Source: an uncultured virus (IMG/VR IMGVR_UViG_3300005674_000175)
Lineage: Duplodnaviria > Heunggongvirae > Uroviricota > Caudoviricetes
Strand: one strand, 5' to 3'
Virus record (IMG/VR): IMGVR_UViG_3300005674_000175
Length of the DNA: 64,000 nt
Below are positions 30,701-39,900 of this stretch, piece by piece (position 1 is the first letter of the stretch; each line of letters begins with the position of its first letter). Under the pieces are notes generated by a model that saw only the letters and a list, made by a program, of their open reading frames with translations, was not told the DNA's origin and did no database searches. The position numbers and the translations under genes are program-made.

Positions 30701-32235
30701 AACAAAGAACCTTTGCTTATAATGTTGATGTTGTGCCTCCTGAACCTATTCCATTTGATAAAGACACAGGCTTGCCTTTACCTCCTAATGATGGAGGCTC
30801 TGGAGGTTCTGGTGGTTCTGGAGGTTCTGGAGGGGGTTCGAATCCGGAAAGTTCATCATTTATAGCTAAGTTTGGTAGATATAATGTATCTTCTTTAGGC
30901 GGCGAAACAAAGCGAGATCCAATTGAAGGTTTTGGTGTTGCAAGGTATAATAATCCTGTTTCTGGTGCGGTTGGAGACTCGTTTCCTAATGATTATTCTA
31001 GTTATGAAATTGTAGCTATTGCAAACTCTATTGATGGAACAATTGAACTTCCGAAGGCTTTGGAAAAATACAATAAAGTTGAAATGAGTATTATCAACTC
31101 TTCTCTTATGAATGTTGGAGACCCGCACTGGGTTGTAGAGGATACTCTTGAATGGGTAAATTCTGGTATGCCTTCTCATCTAAGCCAGGTTCATCATTCA
31201 AATATCATATGCGGCGGTATTGGAGGAGAAAGACTTGCTCCGGGTTTGCTTGATTCTACGGCTCCTGCTTATCAAGCAAAATATGTTATTCCATGCGATA
31301 CTTCATGGTATGATAGAGTAAATTCTACCATTGATTACGATCTTTTTACAGATCTTGGTAATAGAAATCTGTCCATACCTTATGCAAATTCTGTTATAAA
31401 TGTTCCAGAAATGGGCAGTGTTTTTGTTGGAGGATATGGAGGAGTTCTTGTAATAAATAGCGTAACTAAAGAAGTAAACAGGCTTACAATAGCGTCTGAT
31501 AGACCTTTACTTATCAAAGATATGAAGAAGTATGGGAATGTCATCTATATTCTAGATGAATCTAAATTGTACTTCTTTGATATAACAACTAGTCAAGTAA
31601 CAAAGGATACTGCGGTTGGATTACCTGATAGGCTTCATGGTTTTGTAAGTGTTTTTGGAAGCAATCTTGTTATAGGCGCAAAAGATGGAATATATGCAAG
31701 AAAAGCAGCTTCGTCTGCATGGAATAAGGTTGTTTCTACAACTATGCCAGTAAATATACTCATATCACCAGATGCTGTTATGGCTGTTTCTGATAATGGA
31801 GAATCCTATTATTCAACTGATGGATTCAACTGGAATAGGGCTGGCGTAGTGAACGATAAGGTTGTTAATAAGGTTCAAAAGCATAGGTCTCAGATGTTGT
31901 TTGGGACTACAGATGGGTTATATCAAGATGGAGGTTCATTTTATACAAACAACCTAGGTCTTCAGCTTTTAGACATTCTTAATGATGTAAGTAGTTCTTC
32001 TAGCATAGGTGTAAATGATATTGATTCTGATTTTGACAAGGCTGTAATTGGGTTGTCAGACGGACGATATATCATATATACGAGCGATTTTGCCGTACAT
32101 ACAGATTCTGCACTGAGCGCTATTCATAAGGTATTGATAAATGGTTCAGATATTTGGCTATTTGGAAATTCTTATTTCAAAGTATCATCAGAATCGTTTG
32201 TTAGAAAACTTGCAACTGGTTCAATTATTCAATAA
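27757..32235 (+). CDS. Multidomain protein with putative glycoside-hydrolase barrel(s), including a GH56-like region, a GGS linker and a C-terminal propeller
   Basis: IPEGFSGSVFHNFE...RQTRPTVQKIGFYG...DYLAPSLY...GKPLYPFIW...AGCQGAIWW follows GH56 motif order; Asp-box YSTDGFNW. Confidence 0.5.
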   Translation: MPSLFSPREAGSPDAQRLVWLSIADYTPSVVLNSSDSIPLVNLSSVWEVSVTVQTVEWRGVNLNIRVKNKSQVEQSAPYIRLNSGMYHRTWNGASGSSNYRHIRNYMNHDSYGMRPEAISTQGSTPISSEKFGDPNAIYGINWFAPCLSVENWITGIPESGCQMTSISTNYPYPFRIYGDYDPVTLKGYFRIEGNVNVPGEGIVDKFAPGETRTWDVWLRYEEFRSYTAYTGSPSYRKVAALRSYEPYFVWFWANNPDPDVGPRVSGRIYGINLAGPAAPKAYFTAKDNPRRYFLFSSQDKESLEGRLPLPGQSYVHPETVSGWKELLDATVDVPALKTYGYKGVMYLNISGWGNNDRGENPAFFTNLPESLRNSLAEIKDWEQENDLRVFFAADNVLKKVNLGIFSDEAVPFDQDDFSHREFEGDNFIDGGLRSVSGISLLGLPEKITDSYINEYIQGWRTAYPSVSMATGSRNDNSISLYMSQGYIDRSEFLTKDLTKGGRDWFSDLLFEGLDPWVYMPIDSWHADYGDISTTDSAYDDYVQYIEKNHHAIPVTIGRLVRRESFFPNKLNWKEEFVTYTSVHVCDCSTSICKVGDPNLGGRKICLPSDIQKSYSINPPEVLDMLGIYQFDAYYDWTLPNGERHSWVPVPGIDSDLIAGSGDSLLWLFQQDKLDKAKTTFYNNIIGTLRSGGKPYIPEGFSGSVFHNFELKAFNTTDDVRPRVQVQVGSGLEMISQYANATLVRSSPGSGLAARPLRDWWIWAVDQIFPGWSSGKTTAEQDDYLQKKWAERWLFWIQELNTIIRQTRPTVQKIGFYGGVPSYGVWSIDGLDYGSQNPDAVNTKRELELYYWEDWSQYIDYLAPSLYLWDSTAPYDVNLLYSQTGRRQRDPIQEKIFYLLTIRSLGELTRISGKPLYPFIWNGYLRSSGFVSPVISEFVYKSLYTAGCQGAIWWADVFMHNDALATISDMEQNWYPAYEFIKQRTFAYNVDVVPPEPIPFDKDTGLPLPPNDGGSGGSGGSGGSGGGSNPESSSFIAKFGRYNVSSLGGETKRDPIEGFGVARYNNPVSGAVGDSFPNDYSSYEIVAIANSIDGTIELPKALEKYNKVEMSIINSSLMNVGDPHWVVEDTLEWVNSGMPSHLSQVHHSNIICGGIGGERLAPGLLDSTAPAYQAKYVIPCDTSWYDRVNSTIDYDLFTDLGNRNLSIPYANSVINVPEMGSVFVGGYGGVLVINSVTKEVNRLTIASDRPLLIKDMKKYGNVIYILDESKLYFFDITTSQVTKDTAVGLPDRLHGFVSVFGSNLVIGAKDGIYARKAASSAWNKVVSTTMPVNILISPDAVMAVSDNGESYYSTDGFNWNRAGVVNDKVVNKVQKHRSQMLFGTTDGLYQDGGSFYTNNLGLQLLDILNDVSSSSSIGVNDIDSDFDKAVIGLSDGRYIIYTSDFAVHTDSALSAIHKVLINGSDIWLFGNSYFKVSSESFVRKLATGSIIQ
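30793..30840 (+). repeat. Imperfect 9-bp tandem repeat encoding a (GGS)n linker
   Basis: ggaggctct ggaggttct ggtggttct ggaggttct ggagggggttcg. Confidence 0.9.
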
Positions 32236-32247
32236 CGGGAATTGATA

Positions 32248-33912
32248 ATGGAGTTTATAGGGAAAAAGTATGGAGGCAAAGCTCAAGTTTTTAGAGCAAG
32301 CGATGGGTTCCGAGATAATCTTTCGTGGCCTGAACTCGGCAGTTTTGTTCAAGATATGAGTTTGCCAATAGGCGAGCCTCTTGTAAGTCATGACCCTCGT
32401 TTTGTATTTGAAGACCCGTTTTTCAAAAGCGGAACTGTTCAAGGTCCAGATTTTACTCAATCATTATGGGGAATTTCTTGGGTCACTCCTCTTGTTAGAT
32501 ATGATACGAGAGGCGCTGCATTGCCAGCAAGGAATGTTGATTACTTTGTTGATGAAGTTTCGCAAGATATAATTCCGTATATGATAAGTCAGATGAATTC
32601 TATTGGTAGAACTGACTTTGAATATGCAATAGAAAACTATACTTGGGGAAGATCATTATCTGATCCTATAGATTGGGACGGTAGCCCGGATGGATACAAT
32701 ACGTTTCTGTTTTGGAATAGGCCAGAAGAAAGACCATCTGTTTTGAATGGATACAATTTTGGAATGTGGTCTAAAAATGGAATAGATAATAATGTAAGCT
32801 GGGATGATGAGTTTTATAGCAAGCTCAAAGACGCTCTTACTGGCATATCTTTCAAAAGTCCGTATTTTTGTCACTTTAGGAATGAGTTGGGTATTGATTT
32901 GTATCCCGGAAATTCTGTATATCCAATATCAGGAACTTTGGCAGAAATGCCTTGTATCAATCAATATACAGCAAATGATTTGGGTTATATGAGTTGCGCT
33001 TTAGGAGATCCTCTCTCTTCAGACGCTAGTTTCCTTATTGATGGACAAAGAACTTTCCAAGAGTTTTGGAACGAAGCTGTTCATAGAGATGGTGGAGACT
33101 GGCCTTGTCTAGATTTTAGCGAAGATGAATATGAAAGAACGCCAAAGGCTTTTGAGGGATTTTGGAGATCAACATCTTTGTATAGAAAGGCCAATGCTTA
33201 TTGTCTTTGGAAAGGGGGCTGCGAACCTGCTCTTACTTATTTCCCGAATATGATTTTTGCAAACTCTTTAGCGTTGGGTTCTCCAGGTTATGTAAATCCT
33301 GTAAAGTTTGGAGTTCAAAATACAAATCAAAGAGCATTGAGCGGGTATTCTATTCATAGTGTTTCTCCAGTATTGACAAACCTAGCTTGTTCTCCTAGCT
33401 TTTATAACCTAGCCAGTGATGATTTTGATTTATATGCTAATGAAGATTTGACTCATACTTATAATACAACTCTTTCTAATATAGACCCAAGAATTGCGAC
33501 ATTCAAAAACTATATGACCTATGATTTCGTAAATTATTATCCTTCTGATTTTACAGATTGGAACTGGTTTAGATTGCAGCATATGAGAAGGGGAATGCAT
33601 AATCTTGTACGTTCTTGCGGGACACTTAATCCTCCATGCCCGTGGCTTAGCGCGTGGGGATATAGGAATAATGGTTCTTCTGAAAGCACTATTACTGGTC
33701 TTACCTATGATAGAAACAATGCAATGTGCGCGCAGTTTAGAGAGGTATGGATTGAGACATTGAAGTATGCTATATCAATAGGGATAAGACAATTTGGAGT
33801 GTTTGAAGAGGCATATGATGAACCGACCATGAGTTTTTGGTATGACGTATTAAGTGAAGTGAAGGATTGGTACGATAATACATTTAAGAATAAGATAAGT
33901 GTTTACCAATGA
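32248..33912 (+). CDS. Hypothetical Trp/Tyr-rich protein, possibly a glycoside-hydrolase-like barrel
   Basis: Long ORF inside the structural block; no decisive motif. ATG 32248 preferred to TTG 32242. Confidence 0.55.
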   Translation: MEFIGKKYGGKAQVFRASDGFRDNLSWPELGSFVQDMSLPIGEPLVSHDPRFVFEDPFFKSGTVQGPDFTQSLWGISWVTPLVRYDTRGAALPARNVDYFVDEVSQDIIPYMISQMNSIGRTDFEYAIENYTWGRSLSDPIDWDGSPDGYNTFLFWNRPEERPSVLNGYNFGMWSKNGIDNNVSWDDEFYSKLKDALTGISFKSPYFCHFRNELGIDLYPGNSVYPISGTLAEMPCINQYTANDLGYMSCALGDPLSSDASFLIDGQRTFQEFWNEAVHRDGGDWPCLDFSEDEYERTPKAFEGFWRSTSLYRKANAYCLWKGGCEPALTYFPNMIFANSLALGSPGYVNPVKFGVQNTNQRALSGYSIHSVSPVLTNLACSPSFYNLASDDFDLYANEDLTHTYNTTLSNIDPRIATFKNYMTYDFVNYYPSDFTDWNWFRLQHMRRGMHNLVRSCGTLNPPCPWLSAWGYRNNGSSESTITGLTYDRNNAMCAQFREVWIETLKYAISIGIRQFGVFEEAYDEPTMSFWYDVLSEVKDWYDNTFKNKISVYQ

Positions 33913-36900
33913 CATTAACTAAAGCATCCGTTTTTATTAGAACTGTTGGCTCAACCGATTCTTCGGCGGCTTTTTCTATTCCGCAAACAGGATATGTTGC
34001 TTTTGATGCGGCAAATTTCTATAAGCTTGAACAGGGCGATCCTTCTGTTGTTTTTGAGGTTGATGCAAACGGATCATATGGTTCGGGAGCATTGCATGTA
34101 GAGCCAATACAGTCAAGAACAAATTATCCAGTTATAACATATCCTGTTATTGCTGAAAAAGCAGGCAAATATAATGTTTTCATAAGAGTAAAAACGGGAA
34201 CTTCTGTTAGTAGTTTTACGTTTGATATTCTTATAGATGGATTTTCTTCTTCTACCGAAACAAGAACTGTTACTCCTGGAAATTGGTCTTGGATAGAGAC
34301 AACAATAGTTGTAAAAGATGATAGGAGGTTTGATCTTTCTATAAAGCCGCAGACGGCTGATTCGTATATTGATTCGTTCATAATAACATCTGAAGCGATT
34401 CCTTCTTCTATTGAATATCAAAGCAAGTTCTTGACTTTGCATTTCAGAATGTTTGAAATGAATAGTAGCATGCTTCCGGGTAGTTCTTTGCCTATTTATG
34501 GATTCAAAACAACAATAGATGAAATCAAGGATGATAATTGGTATAATTTTGCTTTAGACCCATTGCCGGGTTATTCATCCATATCGTTTGACATGCATTA
34601 TGTTGCTTCTCTTTTTGTTTCTGGAATTAGCGATAGCCTTTATCTTATTTGGGATTATGCAAGTAATGAAGAAACGGTTTTTGACCCATACAATGTAACG
34701 TGTTCTTTGTTGTATGATTCTGAGTCTGAAGAATGGCTGCTTGATTGCGAAAAAAGCTATGCTATCAAATTCTATTCGCATAGAGATGCTATAGACGAAA
34801 ATGCATGCAAGATTATCGTTCCAGCTTCTGCTTTGGCTACGAATAGGACTCAAAAGTTTGATACAGCAAGTCTAGAGCCGTTATTCGCGCAGACAAAGAT
34901 TGCGACTGTAGACAACGAATCAAATAAGGTTGAACTAAGCCTTCCGGATAGGCTTTTGTCTGTTGTTATGGACCAAAGCGGTTCTATGAGCTGGAATGAT
35001 AGTCAAGGACTTCGCCATACTCTTACAAGAAGAATGGTTGATAGGCTTGAGGCGACATACCCCGGCGAAGTAAAATACAATCTTCTCAGCTTAGGTTCTA
35101 CGCCTATTAAGATTAACTTCTTTGCTGTTGTAGAAAATGATCAAATTAATACAAGCAACACTTCAGCGGTTGCTACTAGCTTTTTTGCTGACCAAGAGAG
35201 CGGATATGCTGGTGTGAGAATCATAAGAAAGAAAGGTTCTTATCCAACAGGCCCCCTTGATGGAGAAATTGTAACAGAAGGTTTTGTTGAAAGAGCCTTC
35301 GATGATGAACTTGAAGAGGGAGAAGAATACTTCTATGCTGCTTATACATTTGATTCTAATCAAGTATTCAGTAACGGAAGATTTCTAACTGCAACTCCAA
35401 GAGTCAAACTCCCGCCTCGCGGAGTTGGAGGATTTACTTATAGGGTTATTACTGGTTCTGGTATAAAGAGAGATGAAAATACTATTGGATTGTGGCATCT
35501 CAATGAATCAGTAGGTCAGTCTGCTTACGATTTTAGCGACAATCCTATAACTCTAAACTCGTCTTTTGATAACCTTGTATGGCTTAACAAGAATGATGTT
35601 CCTAGCGGAATAAGCGGTATCCGATTTGATGGTAACTCAACAAGAATATTTGGATACGACGGAGATGGTAAGCTTGTACAAACTAAATACACATTCATGG
35701 CATGGGTGTATCCGTTTGATTTTGTAGACAAAAGAACTATTATATCTAGAGAGACCCCATCTTTAGATAAGATGACATTTAGGTTTGGAACAAATACTGA
35801 TGGCACTTTGTATCTTACTATGGATGACCTTACTTTTGCTTCTTCTTCTGGAACTCTTACAAGTAATGCATGGAATCATGTTGCAGTAACTGTTGATCTT
35901 GATACTTTGACGGCAACATTCTACATTAACGGAGAAGCAAGCGGGAACGGATCTGTTGCAACTCTTGGATTCCATAGCATAGAGTCTATGGATATATACA
36001 TAGGCGGCAAGACTTCTTCTTTCTTTGGCAAAATAACAGAAGTTAGCGTACACGATGTTGTTAGACCTTCATCTTATATCTATTCTGCATCTATTGTGCC
36101 TGAAGACTGGAATGATAAGGTTTTGGATAATGGCGACAGGATAGTTGCTTTGAGATTTTCCGTTCCAGATGATTACAATTTCCCTGGCGGAAAGGTTTTG
36201 ATTATAAGGAAAGAGGAAGTCGGCTCTGGCAATTTCGAGTACGTTACTCCTACAAATTCTGATGGAACCGTTGGGGATCCGGTCCTTGTATTCAATGGTT
36301 TTGGAGAAAAGCCATCTAATGAGACTGATGGAGTTGCTGTTTATAATGAAAACGCTTCTGCGGGAGAGCATACTGTTATCCTTCCATATGATTACGTTCA
36401 TGGAAGAGTATACGACTTTAGAATATATTCTCAAAGCGCAATAGGTAACTATAGTCTCAGTTCGGATTCTCCAATACTTTCTATAACTATTCCCACTTTT
36501 GCTAATAGAGATGCAAGAAATGCGGCTATTTCTACTCCTTTTGTTAATAGCGTTGGAAATGTTCAAATTAGGGCAGGAAATCATAAGTCATATTTGACAT
36601 GGAATGCTATAAATGATGATGTTACAGATCAAGTTTTGGTTTTCTGGTCCGATACAGGCCCTCCTATAATCAATAATGATCAAGGCGTTAGCTCTTCAGC
36701 AATGCTGGTTTATAGCGGCAATCCATCTGAGTCTTCATTTGTTGATAGAAACATAGAAAATGAAATTGTCAATTATTATGCAGTTATTGCGGCTGATAGA
36801 TATGGCAATTTTTCCGCTCCTGTATATGTTTCAACAGTTCCTCTAAATAGCGCTGACGAAACCGATATCCCGTTACTTGAAACAAAACAGTTTAGATATG

Positions 36901-39900
36901 AAGTTGTAAATGAAAATGCTATTAGTTTGGCTTGGGACGCTCCTGTAAAATTCCAAAAAGAAATAGAGGCATGGTTTGATCAAAGAGTTGCATTGTATGC
37001 CCAAATTACTGATGAGTACGGAGCTGCAATCGCTGATTCTAGCCGTATTAAGTTTGATGCAAAAGCAACTGTAAGTTCCGCTCAGTTGGCTGAGGATGTT
37101 TTTGGAGAGACAATAAATTACACCACATTGACTCCTGAAGCTAAGAACTGTTTTGCTTTATCATCATCTGACATGGGCGATGGTTTTATTAAGGGTATAT
37201 TTAGGATGACATCAGATCAGGATGTCTTGTCTGCTATAAATACTCTATCTGCAACAATTTATGTTTCATACACTATACCAGATAGAGAGAATCCAAGCGT
37301 AAATGTTTTTGAGTTTACATCTCTTCCTATTCAAATTGAGATGCAAAATCCGTTTACAATGGAAATGATAAACATTGGAGATAACACGACTAATTTTGGA
37401 ACTAATACGTCTATTGGTCTAAGAAAGAAATCAAGAAGGAGAAGAAGTTCATCTTCATCCGTAGCCGACCCAACCGTTGACAATAATCCGATTGTTGGCG
37501 CTGATATGGTCAAGATTCTTTGCAAGCAAACAGTTCCTCTTGATAATCAAGAGTTTATTTCAACTGGCGGCTTATTGTTTGACCCGAATAAGTTCAAAGA
37601 GTTTGATGGATGTTGGATAAGAAGAACAAGGCCATTTGTTGCAAGAGTGGTTGTTACTTATAGAGGGCAATCTCTTCCGGGCGGAGCTGATTGTAATGCT
37701 GCTGTATTTGAAGCTTCAGACCCTCAATGCGATCCAGAAGATAATAGCGATAGTAATCCTTGTTCTCAAACTGGTTCTGGAAGCTCTCGTCAACCTCCAT
37801 TTGAACCATCTTTTTCTACAAGAAGAAGTAGAGCAGTTCAGCCTCCTGCAACGTCAATCCCTCTTAGAACTGGTTTGCAGAGATTGAATGATGGAACAAC
37901 AAGGCAAGTAAGCTATGCTGATATTCCGCTAAGAGCGCCAAGAAGTCCTCAAGCTGTTATGCTTTTTGGCAAGGTTTCTTTCAATGGATATTCTTCTAGG
38001 AAAAAACAGTATATAGTATTCGAAAACATACTAAGAGTAGAAACAACTATTGAGCCGCCAGAATCTAACTGTATTGATGTTTCTGAGCAAAGAGCTAATG
38101 TTTACATGATAGATCCGGATAGTCCTAATGTAGATAATCCTAGAAAGATTCCGGTTCCTAATCAGCAAGTAGTAAGATGGAGTTTGAGAAAGGGAAGAAA
38201 TTCAAAAGATAGACCATTCTATTCTTCTGATAATGTTCCAACAGGTCCGGGAGTATTTTCGTACACAAGAAGCGGTACAGCAAGGAATGTTTTCTTTGGT
38301 CCAGCTTGCGGAGTTACATGGGAGCTTTATATCCCTTGCCCTGGCAATATCATATATCTACCAGAAATGTATGCAATTAAGGCCTCTGTCGTTTATGATG
38401 GATTAAGCGCATTTGAAGAAAGACCAGCTATTATTTATCCGCCTAGCTTTGGAGGAAGAGGCTTTGGTTCTAGATTCCTTATGGATATGCCTCAGTATGT
38501 AAATCCTCTTTATGCTGATGGATATGATCTTGTTAGATGTACAATATATCATGACCCAAATATTGCGGGAGGCACAACTGCTGGATGTTTTAGACAGTGC
38601 GCCGAAAATGCTAGTAGGCCAATATTCGTTTTGGATAACGGTCAAATTGTTGATATAGAGTCTGGTAATGATTTTGAGATTCTTCATGGAGAAAATCTAG
38701 AAATTGTATATGATGAAGATTTGGGAGAAAATGTTGTTAATAATGCAAATCAATCTATTGGATTTGCTCAGATTCCTCTTTCGCAAGAAGGAAATACAAC
38801 TGTTTTCTATTTTAGAATCAATAAGTTTTTAGGAAGGCCTCAATCATCTGCAAGCAGCGATGATGGTAGTGAAAACAATCAAACAGTTAACTCTTGCGAG
38901 TGTATAGAAGTTCCGCCTGGTCTTGCAAAGAAGAAAGATCTTTCGATTGTAAACGGTAGGACTACTATTAATTTCAATGGAGAAACAAGATATCTTCGAG
39001 GTGGCGGAGACTTGAAGACTGGCGTTCCTCCAACAACAATAGATCTCAAAGAGCCTCTTGATATTTTTGTTGTTGATATAAGAAGAGATGGACAGTCTGT
39101 TAACAAGATTCTTTGCGATGGAGTTGCTGTTCACGAGTTTGTTCTTGAAGTAAAGTTCAAGGAGAATCCGGTTCCTAATGGTACGCCAGTATTTCTTACT
39201 GTGGCCGGTAAGAATCCTGAAAAGATAATACTTCAAAGCGACACAATATATACTTCTAAAGCAGATCCTGATGAACAAGGAAGAATAAAGAGTTATGCAT
39301 CATTCTTTGTTGCTCCATTTGGACCGGAATCTGCTTTTGAAGCACAAGTTCAAGCAGAAACCAAGTATGATAAGAGGGGCGATGTTGAAAGAAGTATGAC
39401 TTGTTGTGTTACAATCAAGTATGACCCATCGCAGAAGAAAGAAGAAGAAGTTGTTGATAAGCCAGAAGGCGAAATAAACAACGTTTTTAATGCAAGTCTT
39501 GACGTATATGATACCTATAATGATACATGGGTAACAAAGTCTTCTATGCAACATCCAAGAGGCTGCTTAACTCTTAATTGGATGCCAGAAGCTTATAGTG
39601 ATACACTGTACGCTATAGGTGGACTTAATGGCAAATCTGTTTTGTCGTATAATGAAATGTATGATACAGCTTCTGATATTTGGGTTTCTAAGACATCAAT
39701 GGGAACGCCAAGATTTTATCATATGTCAGCAGAGGACGGCAACTACATATATGTCTTTGGTGGTATAACTGTAGATGGTTCTGATTTGCTTGTTACTAGC
39801 TCTGTTGAAAGATATAATGTATATACTGATACATGGGAAGATTTGCCAGACATGCCAGTGTTTGACCAGAATACATATGGCGTTGCCTTGGGAAGTTGTG

